NCBI GenBank assembly: GCA_043808155.1
Contig: JAZDFD010000016.1
Location: forward strand, 1 to 64,000
Reading direction: 5' to 3'
Length of the DNA: 64,000 bases
From: Candidatus Iainarchaeum sp.
GTDB lineage: Archaea > Iainarchaeota > Iainarchaeia > Iainarchaeales > JAZDFD01
Under the pieces are notes generated by a model that was not told the DNA's origin, did no database searches, and worked only from the letters and a program-made list of their open reading frames with translations. Position numbers and translations under genes: made by a program. Shown here one piece after another: positions 40,180-50,398 of the stretch (its first letter is position 1; each line of letters starts with the position of its first letter).

Positions 40180-41451
40180 TTAACTCCATTTAACTTTCAA
40201 AAAGTGTGTTGCACAGCTCATACAGGGATCATAAGCCCTAATAAGCTTTTCAAGTTCTAAATTGATTTCTTTTTTCTTTTTATGCAGTATTGTTGGAATT
40301 AATTGTCTAATGTCCTGTTCAATATTGAAAACATTTTGTGCTGTTGGAATAACAACAATCTCTTTTGTTACATTCCCGTTGTTATCAAAATGCATTTCAT
40401 GGTATAATGTACCGCGCGGCGCTTCTGTTACACCATACCCAACCTCATCTTTAATTTCTAATTTAGGGATTGATTCATTCACAAATCCTGCATTCAATAA
40501 ATCAATTGAATAATCAATACAATGCAAAATCTCAATTGCCTGCGCTAAATTGTTTCTAAACGGTGAAATTGAAGGGAATAATTTTAATGCATTTGTGGAG
40601 TCTTTCTGAGTTTTTTTGTGCAAATTTTTCATATTCAAATTAATTCTTGCGAGTGCACCAACCATGTATTCTCTGTCATTGTGTTTAAACCCGTTTGCAG
40701 TGGAGTATGAGACACCGAATTTTCTAAAGTGTGAACCATAGGTTGTTTCCGGAACGCACATTCCGCAAGTATCTCTGATTTCCCCGTCTAAGAAATTATA
40801 ATCCTCATTAACCATCCCCACAAAACAAGTTGGGCGTTCAAAAGGTTCTTTGTATGATGCAAACAAATTAATTGTTTCCACAGCCACAGGCCGTATCTGC
40901 TTCAAATATATTAACATTTCTTTAACTTTTTTATCCTCTGGAAATCTCAGAAAGCCACCAACACTTACAAATGCAGGATGTACTGAACCCCCGCCTATCA
41001 AAGTGCATAAATCATTCCCTGCTTTTTTCAAATCCAGTGCATTATGAAGGTGTTTGTGGTATTTTCCTTTGAAATCAAGTGCACTTTCAACTCCCAAATA
41101 ATCCGGCAAAGAGAAAAAATACAAATGTAATGCATGATCTCTTATTTGCATTGCGTTTTGCAGTAATTTTCGCATTCTGATTGTTTGTTCAGATGCTTTA
41201 AAATGTGCAGCGCGTTCAACTGCTTCTATTGCTGTTAAAAGATGTGCAACACTGCAGGTACCGCAAATCCTTGAAAGAATACTCGGAGCAATCATGAATG
41301 ACTTCCCAACCACAATATCCTGAAAATACCGCTTACTTTCTGAAATTTGCAGTTTAACAGTCTCAACCTTTTTGTTTCTGATTTTAATATTCAGGTTTGC
41401 ATGCCCTTCTATTTTTGAAATATTCTCAAGTGTTATGTCTCCTGAATGCAT
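40180..41451 (-). CDS. NiFe hydrogenase large subunit, group 3b-like
   Basis: KIEGH, L1 motif RICGTCSVAH, VGALAR, EAPRGTLYH, PTAQN, and L2 motif YDPCMSCATH plus a short cleavable tail. Confidence 0.92.
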   Translation of the reverse strand: MHSGDITLENISKIEGHANLNIKIRNKKVETVKLQISESKRYFQDIVVGKSFMIAPSILSRICGTCSVAHLLTAIEAVERAAHFKASEQTIRMRKLLQNAMQIRDHALHLYFFSLPDYLGVESALDFKGKYHKHLHNALDLKKAGNDLCTLIGGGSVHPAFVSVGGFLRFPEDKKVKEMLIYLKQIRPVAVETINLFASYKEPFERPTCFVGMVNEDYNFLDGEIRDTCGMCVPETTYGSHFRKFGVSYSTANGFKHNDREYMVGALARINLNMKNLHKKTQKDSTNALKLFPSISPFRNNLAQAIEILHCIDYSIDLLNAGFVNESIPKLEIKDEVGYGVTEAPRGTLYHEMHFDNNGNVTKEIVVIPTAQNVFNIEQDIRQLIPTILHKKKKEINLELEKLIRAYDPCMSCATHFLKVKWS

Positions 41452-42036
41452 TCAATCACCTAATGATTCGTTATTTACGAGTTTTCTTACAAGTTTAATG
41501 AATTCTTCTCCTTTTGGAGGGCAGCCATGCAATAAATGTTCAACTTTGATGTGCTCATGAATTGGTTTTACATCAATTTGTTTAAATTTTTCAATCATTG
41601 GCTTAATTTTTTCTTTGAGTTGCGGGGAAATATCATTTCTCATTTTTGGATAGCCGCCAGTTGTTGCACAGCTCCCTATTGAAATCACTTTTTTTGCCTG
41701 TTTTCTGATTTCCTTCAGTTTGGGGAGTTCTTTTTTGCTTGAAATTGCACCCTCTACAAATGCAACATCCATTTTAGGGCTTTTTTTAGTGCTTTTAAGC
41801 AATCTCATTGAAACAATCTCAATATCATCAAGAAGTTTAAAGAATTCGTAATTCTGTGCAAGAATCTCGATTTGACAGCCTTCACAGCCTGTAAAATCAA
41901 AAAATCCAATCTTTAATTTCTTCTTCAAGCCACTCTTTACTTTCTTTTTCACGGCTTGCTTCTTCTGGTTCTTCTCTAAGCTCTTTTTCACAGCTTTCTT
42001 CTTTACGTTCTTCTTCACTTGCTTCTTTACGCTCAT
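41452..42036 (-). CDS. NiFe hydrogenase small (delta) subunit, short form, with a Lys-rich N-terminal extension
   Basis: TGCEGC, AFVEG, GSCATTGG and GCPP; ends soon after GCPP, so there is no C-terminal Fe-S domain. Confidence 0.88.
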   Translation of the reverse strand: MSVKKQVKKNVKKKAVKKSLEKNQKKQAVKKKVKSGLKKKLKIGFFDFTGCEGCQIEILAQNYEFFKLLDDIEIVSMRLLKSTKKSPKMDVAFVEGAISSKKELPKLKEIRKQAKKVISIGSCATTGGYPKMRNDISPQLKEKIKPMIEKFKQIDVKPIHEHIKVEHLLHGCPPKGEEFIKLVRKLVNNESLGD

Positions 42037-42089
42037 TCCAATTAATAAGAGCGTTGAAATTAATAAATAATGACTCACAATACTGCTTT

Positions 42090-42281
42090 TCAATATCTCT
42101 TTTTTCTAACTTCGTCACTTGCAAGTTTAGGGAGTATGAAGAATGAAAAAACACCAGTGACACCCATTATCACTGCAAAAGAAAGCCAGTCAATCCACAT
42201 AAATAGAAATAGTATGAATGAAATAACAAGCACAATAACAAGAAGAGTAGCTATTGCTTTCAAAATAGTAAAATAATCCAT
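42090..42281 (-). CDS. Small membrane protein
   Basis: Two hydrophobic helices and a basic C-terminus. Confidence 0.55.
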   Translation of the reverse strand: MDYFTILKAIATLLVIVLVISFILFLFMWIDWLSFAVIMGVTGVFSFFILPKLASDEVRKKRY

Positions 42282-42306
42282 GCTATAAGCAATGTGCAAC
42301 CAATTA

Positions 42307-42564
42307 TTAAATAATTCCTGGGAAAACCCATGGGAGTATCAGCACTAAGATGAATAACAGGATTCCCTGATCCAAGTCACGCCACATCACAGGGATTGCA
42401 AGCCCCATAAGCAAAAAGTAAAAAACACTTGTTTGAGTCATAGATAGATAATATCCAAATAAGGCCCCAATAAAGAAGAACATAATCAGAACTGAACCAA
42501 TCTTCCTCAACAGAACAGGGATGCCATCAATAATTCCTTTGAAAAAATTATAAAATAGACTCAT
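42307..42564 (-). CDS. Small membrane protein
   Basis: Three hydrophobic segments. Confidence 0.55.
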   Translation of the reverse strand: MSLFYNFFKGIIDGIPVLLRKIGSVLIMFFFIGALFGYYLSMTQTSVFYFLLMGLAIPVMWRDLDQGILLFILVLILPWVFPGII

Positions 42565-43584
42565 ATAGACATAATCTTAGTTCATGAGCTTTAAGTACTT
42601 TTTGGTTAGCGAGTTTTTCTTTTGCTAGTGGGCAGTTAAGTGGCGGGCAGTAGTTGTTGATTGGTTTATTGTTATGTATATTCATTATTTGGCTGATTTT
42701 TAATTATGTAGTAGGTTATGTATACGTATTTAGGCATATTATGTATAAGTTGAATTTTGAAATTACCCACCAATATAGTAATTATGTTTCTTACCATTTG
42801 TGAAATCTAGTAATTTTCTGAAATTTTGTCCAAAAAAGTGTGAATTCGCTCATACTCCCAAGTATCCCCAAAAACCCCTATGCAACAGATCTTCTCCTCC
42901 CTAGCCCTATTCAAAATATGGCCTTCTGGAGTCATCTTCTCCAAAAAAATAGTGTGATTTGAAAAATTCTGTCCAAGAAAATGTGTGTTTTAAAATTTAA
43001 ATTGCTAATTTTGCCTGTTTTGGAAACTTAGGGCTTAATTTAGACCCAAAATGAAAAATAAACCAAAAATAGGGTTTTTAGTTGATAAATTGAACCTTTT
43101 TTATGGATTTTATTAGTAAATCCAAACCATTTTCACGTTTTTTTGATTTTTTACTGTCTAGGGTAGGGGTTTATAGGCAAAAAACCCTCAAAAAAGCAAT
43201 TTTTTCTGGGAAAAACAATTAGTTTTTAAGAAATAAATTCATTCCTAATGTGTTATGTATATAAAATCCACATTATTTGACCTAGTCTAGGTCTATTTTG
43301 GCAATTATATTATAAGGAAAAACTTTTTTTCTTTAAGCAATAAACTATTCCTTGTGTTATTTAAAACCTAATTAATAGGTGTTTTAAGCTCTTAATTTGG
43401 CATCTAATCATGGTCAGACCCACAATCCCCACTCCAAATTACCAATTCTAATTTAAAATTTACCACGCCCTAGCCAATTCAAGGTAAATTCAGTAGTGTC
43501 AAAACACTAAAAAACTGTTATGTAGACAGCCTTTTTTGTGCCTTACCCAAAAGAATTTAAACATCTTAGAACAAATATTAACTC
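42565..43584. other. ~1 kb non-coding, motif-rich region; candidate replication origin or regulatory hub
   Basis: No ORF >=60 aa. Contains multiple GTTATGTA(T/G)A, TGTCCAA..GTGTG and CCCTA/TAGGG motifs, and the palindrome GACCTAGTCTAGGTC at 43279-43293. Confidence 0.4.
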
Positions 43585-44214
43585 ATGAAAAGTAAATTCA
43601 AATTAAGACCACAACTCTTTGGCCCCTCACTGTTTATGAAAATCCTCATAGTTGCAGTTCTGGTGGTTGCGATTCTTGGAATGAGTTATTACTTCCCAAA
43701 CACACTGGCAGATGTTTCATTAGTGTCCAAAAATCTGGGTGAATTCACTGGTCTAACCCCAAAACCGGTGGCTGTCCAAATCCAGACAGAAACAGTCTAT
43801 TTATGCCCTGAGGATGCCTGCGCTAATGAGCTCGAAGCACTGATAGATTCTGCAGATTCGCAAATCCATGCCGCAGTATATTCATTCACACTGGATTCTT
43901 TGGGAGATGCACTTGTAAGAGCCCATGAACGCGGGGTAAAAGTCTCAATAGTGCTTGAGAAAGACCAGATTTCTCAATATTCTGAGTTCGACAAGCTGGT
44001 AAATGCCGGAATTGACGCAAGAATTGATTCAAATCCTGCTTCAATGCACAATAAATTCGCAATAATTGATTCTGAAATCGTGGCAACAGGCAGTTTTAAC
44101 TGGAGCCAGAATGCAGACACAAAAAATGATGAAAATCTCTTGATTTTAAGAAGTAAAGAGCTCTCTGCTCAATATGAATTAGAATTTCAGGAAATTTTTG
44201 GAGAAACAGCCTAA
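43585..44214 (+). CDS. Membrane-anchored phospholipase D-family (Nuc-like) nuclease, single HKD motif
   Basis: N-terminal TM helix; AVYSFT, A..RGV.V, MHNKFAIID...TGSFNWS..A...NDEN. Confidence 0.9.
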   Translation: MKSKFKLRPQLFGPSLFMKILIVAVLVVAILGMSYYFPNTLADVSLVSKNLGEFTGLTPKPVAVQIQTETVYLCPEDACANELEALIDSADSQIHAAVYSFTLDSLGDALVRAHERGVKVSIVLEKDQISQYSEFDKLVNAGIDARIDSNPASMHNKFAIIDSEIVATGSFNWSQNADTKNDENLLILRSKELSAQYELEFQEIFGETA

Positions 44215-44813
44215 TTTTTACTAATTCTTTTCCAAATAAAGAAACCAATTACCGTAAGCACACCCACAATAATCACAATATCAATTACTGAAAACCAATC
44301 GCTAACCAACACCCAGTTCTCTTTCAGCAAAACTCCTGAATACGCAAGAGTCAAATTCCACAAAAAAGCACCCGCAAGAGTAAAAGTAACGAACTTTCTT
44401 TTCTGCATGCCTGCAAAACCCGCGGGAATGGAAATCACATGTCTAATTGCTGGCACAAATCTGCAAACAAAGATTGTAACACTGCCATGTTTCTCAAACC
44501 AGTTGTTTGCAATCTCAAAATCATGCTTACTAATGAATAAAAACTTCCCAATTTTCATTATTGTTTCCTGCTCAATTACTTTTCCGATCCAATATGAAAG
44601 TAATGATCCCCCCATACTCCCTAAAGTCGCAATCACAACAACTAACCAAAAATCAAATACCCCCTCCGCAGCTAAAAAACCCGCAAATGGCATAATTAAC
44701 TCAGAAGGAACAGGCGCCATAGTGCTTTCCAGAAACATCAGCACAAAAACACCGGCATAACCCAATGTGCCTATTACTCCCAAAACAAAATCAAGCATAA
44801 ATTCAACAAGCAT
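44211..44813 (-). CDS. DedA-family membrane protein
   Basis: LES...PVPSELIMPFAGF, WFEKHG and CRFVPAIRHVISIPAG motifs. Confidence 0.93.
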   Translation of the reverse strand: MLVEFMLDFVLGVIGTLGYAGVFVLMFLESTMAPVPSELIMPFAGFLAAEGVFDFWLVVVIATLGSMGGSLLSYWIGKVIEQETIMKIGKFLFISKHDFEIANNWFEKHGSVTIFVCRFVPAIRHVISIPAGFAGMQKRKFVTFTLAGAFLWNLTLAYSGVLLKENWVLVSDWFSVIDIVIIVGVLTVIGFFIWKRISKN

Positions 44814-44815
44814 AG

Positions 44816-45412
44816 TTACTCTTCCTCAATTTCCCCATTAGGTTTAACTTCATGGAATATCTGCGCCTGAAATTTAAAAATCTGTGTGTCGTCATCTTTC
44901 CATGCCTCGGATTTCAAACCTGCTTTTTGGCAGGTATGCTGAAGAAACTCTTCGGGTGTCCAATTATATTCAAACCCCACTTGCGGAAGCAACAACCCCG
45001 ACTGATAACCCTTTCTAATAATCAATCCGTCTTTTCCAATTTCAATATGTTTTGCAATCCTGCCTTTACTAACTGTAATCTCTTCGGGAACTGTAAGAAC
45101 TGAAATTTCAATCGTGATTTCATCCAGCTCATGCGTATCAATTTGCTGAAATCGAGTATCTGAAAAAGCAGCACTACTCGCAGCTTCAATAACGCCTAAC
45201 CACAAAGGCATTACAGGTTCAGGAAAACCAATGCAACCTCTTAACTCCCCAGAAGGGAATTTCTCCAAAGTAACAAAAACACCACGTTTGTCCAAGAATT
45301 TGCGAGGAATATCATCCTTATATTTCTGCCCAGTTGCCAGTGTATATTCAATTGATTTCCTTGCAACTTTCACTAGTTTCTGAGCATCTTCCAAGGAAAA
45401 TTTTTTAGACAT
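44816..45412 (-). CDS. AMMECR1-domain protein (TIGR00296)
   Basis: GVFVTL, LRGCIG, AAF.D.RF, EISVLT, GLLLPQV, CQKAGL. Confidence 0.93.
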   Translation of the reverse strand: MSKKFSLEDAQKLVKVARKSIEYTLATGQKYKDDIPRKFLDKRGVFVTLEKFPSGELRGCIGFPEPVMPLWLGVIEAASSAAFSDTRFQQIDTHELDEITIEISVLTVPEEITVSKGRIAKHIEIGKDGLIIRKGYQSGLLLPQVGFEYNWTPEEFLQHTCQKAGLKSEAWKDDDTQIFKFQAQIFHEVKPNGEIEEE

Positions 45413-45502
45413 ACTTAAATTACCTACAAACAATCTTTATATTTGAGTGATTTATCATCCCTAAAATATATTAACTTAAAAAGCTCAATCTTAATGATTT
45501 GA

Positions 45503-45961
45503 ATGACTGAATTTAAGTTTGGGCACAAGTGGGGTGATCACAACACAATGGAATTGATTCGTAATGGGAAATCTATAGGATATATCTCATGGACTGAAAA
45601 AAAGAGTTGGCTAAGCGGAAAAAAAACATGGAATGTAATGTGGCTAAAGGGCCCCCGACGTAGTTCAATTGAAATGATTGTAAAATTATTATCTCTTGCT
45701 AAAGACCAAAAAATAGATTATATCAAACCATTTTCTGCAGGGGATGAAGTGAAAGCATTAATGAAGTCTTTGGAAAAGAAGAAGCTGATAAAAATCGCTC
45801 CTTTCAGAGGCATCGTTGTGAATTCGATTAAGTTAGATATGATGCTTTCTCCAAATAAAAAAAGACGCCCAAATTCGAGGAAGTCAATACCGCCAAAGGT
45901 TCATGTTACCCCTCACAACCCACACAATATAGACCCCGTCTTGGGAAGACGTATTCACTAA
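45503..45961 (+). CDS. Hypothetical basic protein
   Basis: 152-aa ORF with an Arg/Pro/His-rich tail; no family motif recognised. Confidence 0.5.
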   Translation: MTEFKFGHKWGDHNTMELIRNGKSIGYISWTEKKSWLSGKKTWNVMWLKGPRRSSIEMIVKLLSLAKDQKIDYIKPFSAGDEVKALMKSLEKKKLIKIAPFRGIVVNSIKLDMMLSPNKKRRPNSRKSIPPKVHVTPHNPHNIDPVLGRRIH

Positions 45962-46052
45962 AAATCCTAATTTAAAAACATTTAAAGTATAATATAACAC
46001 TTCCAACCACAAACATATTTAAGAATTTCCAGTTCACATATTACTGGTTGGA

Positions 46053-49000
46053 ATGCGGAGAGTTGGACTAGCGTTAGCAGCCTTAGTCATATTTGTGATT
46101 TTGGTTTCCGGATGCATTGACAAATTAAGTACTGAAGAAAGATTGCTTTGCATAGACCTCACTTCGAAAAGCTATGCATACATTCCAAAATGCACCACTC
46201 AAAATGATTGTTTTTCCAAAGTAGAAGAATCATTCTTTCATTTCAACACAGAAAACATTCCCTCTTCAACAGCACAAGAATTATATTACTTCAAAAACCA
46301 TGTTGCACTTTCATGGTTATACTATAACAAATCTCTGAATAACATTTCAAAAATAAATGAAATCTGCTCATCAAACTCAAATCACGAACAAATTTTAACA
46401 CAACTTAATGAACTTAATTTCAATTTAACAAAAGCATTCGAAGAATCTGATAACGTGCATAAAAAAAGTTTCTCAATACTTCTCCTCGAAAAAATAAATC
46501 TAGAAAACGAATCAATAGAAGAAATCAAAGAAGAACCATTGTATGATTATTACATTTTACTCAACACAAACACAAATGAACTTTCAACTCTCGAAACTGA
46601 AAAAACAAATTCATATGTGTCATTCTATTTCCAGCAAATTGAAAAATTTGAAACACTAACACAAACAACAGGGTTTCAGAAAATAACTGCGTCTTCATAT
46701 ACTCCAATTGATTTCATTGAAACATACAACAAATCAGTACTTGACCAAATTCCCGACACTGTCTTCTACATTCCTTTGATTAAAACTGCAATAAGTTCTT
46801 CATTTTCATTCCTTAGTGATGCAACAAAAACAAGAACCGCGGTTTCACTTCTTTCAGCATATCCTTCCTTTGAATTCATCCAAAGTTATAATGATTTTAT
46901 GGGAACCGAAAATTCATCTGTTAAAAAATTTGCAGAACTAATTTCTAAAGGGCAATCCTACAGACAAAATTTGACTGAATCTAACACACAAATTCATTCT
47001 AAAATAGAAAAAAATCTCGGAGAAATAGAAATAAAAGTAAATTCTCTTTCCGAAATGCAAGATTTTGATGCTGATTTCTTTTCTGAAATTTATGCATTAC
47101 TTGGTCAGAACAGCGAAATATCAACTCAAAAATATTCCATTTCAGACTTCTCAGACGCCAAATCTCTAGCATATGATGAATACCTGCGTCTCAGTTCAAA
47201 ACATGCAGAACTGCAGAATGCAAAGAATCTAAATTCAATAACTCTTGGTGAAGAAACTCTTGAACTAAAATCCCTTCTAACAGGCACAAGCTCCCTGATT
47301 GAAAATTTGAATTATTTGGATTCAGAAATTCTAGATGGCCTCCACATCCTATGTAATGAGAGAATCACTCTTATTGAATCAGAATTATCTTCCACACAAA
47401 TTCCAGCAAACTTAATTTTAAAAATAACTGATCTAAAAACAAGATTAAATTATAAAATAAATCTTTTCAAAAAACAAACTAAAAATGAAAAACTAAAAAA
47501 CTGCAAATCAATTTCTGAAGATTATGAAAACTTCAAAATTGCATTATTAAATTTTGAAGACTACGAAACAAACACGGAATTAAAACTCACTGAATGCACA
47601 ACTTATCTTGACTCAGTTTTTGAAAGTTACAAACTCCTAATTTCAGAAGATTTTGATTTAGATGATCTTTACACACAATACAAAAAATTTAAGTCAATTC
47701 CACAACCATATTCTCATATTGATTCTGTAACAGCAAGCTGTGAATCAATCAAAAATTCGCTAAACTCATCTTTAAATTCAAATCAAAAACTTAAATCATT
47801 AACTGAAAATTACTCTATTGCGAATCAAAATCTCTTAAAATTAACCTCGCTTTATTCGCATTACTCTGAGTTTTCAAATACCACGTCTCTAAAACAACTA
47901 CAAAAACAATTCGATTCTATTGAAAGTTATTTTCCGGAAAGTGCACCTAACTTCTCAAAAATCCTGCCTGTTATTAATGAACTTAATGAAAATATTTTTT
48001 CATTAATTTCAGATTGTGAATCCAATTTGAAAACCTTCACAATTTCATATATCCAAAAAAATTTCCAATTAGAAACCTTTTCAGACTCAATTCCAAATGC
48101 AAATGAATTATTCGAAACAAGAACAAAAATCATACTGCAAAATCCGTTCTTTGAAATTAATTCGCCTGTTGAATTCCAATTGCCCACCACACTTGAATTC
48201 TCAGAACTGATTTCAAAATCAACCAATGTTCTGAATGTAAAATCTGAAAAGAGCAAAATCACATTGGATTTACAAAAAATCCCGAAAGGAATCACTTTTT
48301 TCGAAGTTCTGTCAAAATCACTAATTCAAACCTCTGAAAAAACAGAATTACTTGTGGTTTCAGAACAGACTGCAATAATTCAAAAAACAATCTCCCTTGA
48401 AACAACCTCAAATCACCCAAAAATCAAAATCACCTCAAATTTAATGCCTGACGTATTCAAGATTTCCGATATTTTTGTCACCTCTTCTGAAAAAGAAGTC
48501 AATTTCTGGATGGAAAAAAATAATGTCTTCTTTTTCCTTGAAAATCCCTTAAAAAAAGCACAAATTTATTTCAGTGTTGCAGATCCGATTCAAAAAGAAG
48601 TCAAACTAATTTCAAAATCCCAAAAAAATGATTTGTCTTCACTTTATGAATATGAAATAAAAGTGAAAAATCAGCTGCCATTTGAAATTTCTAAAATCAC
48701 ACTTAGTTTTCCAGTAAATACTGACTCAAAACTGCTCCAAAATGCAGATTTAAGCACTCTGGAGGGCAAGCACATTGATTTTAAGACCCTGCCTAATGGA
48801 AATATTGAAGCAACAATCCAAGCCATAAAACCAGGCCAATTAGGCATACTCCACTTAACCATTATTGTTGAAGACAGTTCACAATACTGGACTGATTTTT
48901 TAGAAAAAATAAAAAATGCTCTGTCACTTTTAAAAAATTCCGAAAACCAAGAACTTTCCAGTGAGATTAATTCGCTTTTGAATGAACTTTCCAATTTTGA

Positions 49001-50258
49001 AGAAAATTTTTTTCAGGACAAAACCAAAATTGAAAGATTAACTCAAATTTCAGAAAAACTCTCTTTGTTGAAATCAAAAAACCAAGAATCCGCACAAAAA
49101 ATCTTCCAATACACCTCTCTAAAAAATTCAATTAGCTTGGAAATTGAAACTCTCAAAAACTATGTCTCAAAATTTAATGAATTTGGCTTTACAGACTATG
49201 CAAACACTTTGTCCCAAACCCAACAAACCATTTATTCAAAATTAAATACTGCTGAACAACTATTTTCCGAATCAAAATACGATTCTGCAATAACAATTCT
49301 TTTTGAGATAAGGTCACTGCTTTCCGAGTCATCACCTCCTGAACTACCCGCTATTCTCCTTTCTGAAAAGTCAGAATTATTCCAAAAATATTCTCTTTTA
49401 TCTGAACTTGCTGAAAAATATCAGTTATCTGACTTAACTAATTCAAAAAAAGACCAACTATCACTTTCTGATTCTAAAATTTCTGAACTAATTTCATCTG
49501 AAAATTACATTGGAGCGAAACAGGAACTGGCTTTATTAAATACTGAGCTTTCAGATTTTGAAACCGAAGTTTCATCAGGTCTAAAATCAAAATCTGAACT
49601 AATAAAATCAAATATTGATGCACTTTCTTTGGCATCATTTTCTGAATTAAAAACCAAAATTGAAATTTTAAGTTCTTTTTTTGAAGATGTTTCCGAGGAA
49701 GAATTAATTTCTGCACAGTATATCCCGCCAATAAATCAAAAAAGATTAGAAAAACTTTCACTAAAATTAGATTCGCTAATCTCAACTGATTTAAGAGCTA
49801 AGTTTGATAATTTTTCAAGTTTGCATAATCAGCAAAAATATAGTGAAGCACTTTCACAAGCAGAATTGTTTTCTGATGTTCTTGATGCAAAGCTTTCAGA
49901 AAGAACTGCACTTTCGTCTGAAATAACCAATGCTTATGATTCAATCAAAGAACAGGCTGTTGTTTCTTTCAATTCCGCAGTAAAACTTTTCGAAGACTCA
50001 GATTTCAATCTCGAAGCTCAACAGAAATTAGAACTCGCAGAGTCGTCTCTTGAAAACAACCAGTTTCTGAAATCAATAGTTCTTTCGAGTTCTGCAACTG
50101 GTTTAATTTCAGCTTCAAAATTTCAAATTCCCGAAATACCGGTTGCAGTTTATCCTATAATTCTCGCAGCAGTCATCATTCTCACACTCAGGTTTCGCAA
50201 AAAGAAACAGTCTGAAAATCAGAAAATACGCACACAGAAAGTACTCCGCAACTGGTAA
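46053..50258 (+). CDS. Large (1401 aa) cell-surface protein: lipobox-like N-terminus, long helical regions, central beta region, C-terminal TM anchor
   Basis: MRRVG...LVSGC signal; spaced Cys in the helical segments; C-terminal YPIILAAVIILTL followed by RFRKKK. Confidence 0.8.
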   Translation: MRRVGLALAALVIFVILVSGCIDKLSTEERLLCIDLTSKSYAYIPKCTTQNDCFSKVEESFFHFNTENIPSSTAQELYYFKNHVALSWLYYNKSLNNISKINEICSSNSNHEQILTQLNELNFNLTKAFEESDNVHKKSFSILLLEKINLENESIEEIKEEPLYDYYILLNTNTNELSTLETEKTNSYVSFYFQQIEKFETLTQTTGFQKITASSYTPIDFIETYNKSVLDQIPDTVFYIPLIKTAISSSFSFLSDATKTRTAVSLLSAYPSFEFIQSYNDFMGTENSSVKKFAELISKGQSYRQNLTESNTQIHSKIEKNLGEIEIKVNSLSEMQDFDADFFSEIYALLGQNSEISTQKYSISDFSDAKSLAYDEYLRLSSKHAELQNAKNLNSITLGEETLELKSLLTGTSSLIENLNYLDSEILDGLHILCNERITLIESELSSTQIPANLILKITDLKTRLNYKINLFKKQTKNEKLKNCKSISEDYENFKIALLNFEDYETNTELKLTECTTYLDSVFESYKLLISEDFDLDDLYTQYKKFKSIPQPYSHIDSVTASCESIKNSLNSSLNSNQKLKSLTENYSIANQNLLKLTSLYSHYSEFSNTTSLKQLQKQFDSIESYFPESAPNFSKILPVINELNENIFSLISDCESNLKTFTISYIQKNFQLETFSDSIPNANELFETRTKIILQNPFFEINSPVEFQLPTTLEFSELISKSTNVLNVKSEKSKITLDLQKIPKGITFFEVLSKSLIQTSEKTELLVVSEQTAIIQKTISLETTSNHPKIKITSNLMPDVFKISDIFVTSSEKEVNFWMEKNNVFFFLENPLKKAQIYFSVADPIQKEVKLISKSQKNDLSSLYEYEIKVKNQLPFEISKITLSFPVNTDSKLLQNADLSTLEGKHIDFKTLPNGNIEATIQAIKPGQLGILHLTIIVEDSSQYWTDFLEKIKNALSLLKNSENQELSSEINSLLNELSNFEENFFQDKTKIERLTQISEKLSLLKSKNQESAQKIFQYTSLKNSISLEIETLKNYVSKFNEFGFTDYANTLSQTQQTIYSKLNTAEQLFSESKYDSAITILFEIRSLLSESSPPELPAILLSEKSELFQKYSLLSELAEKYQLSDLTNSKKDQLSLSDSKISELISSENYIGAKQELALLNTELSDFETEVSSGLKSKSELIKSNIDALSLASFSELKTKIEILSSFFEDVSEEELISAQYIPPINQKRLEKLSLKLDSLISTDLRAKFDNFSSLHNQQKYSEALSQAELFSDVLDAKLSERTALSSEITNAYDSIKEQAVVSFNSAVKLFEDSDFNLEAQQKLELAESSLENNQFLKSIVLSSSATGLISASKFQIPEIPVAVYPIILAAVIILTLRFRKKKQSENQKIRTQKVLRNW

Positions 50259-50398
50259 GCTCTAAAAAATCCAAAAAACAGCCCATTATCTTTTTTCATT
50301 CTTATATAGAAACTATTATAAAATTAGAACTAATATTAATACGGGGGATGAGGAGCTAATGCTTCAAAATCCACTTACATAAATAGTTAGTGGTGTTG

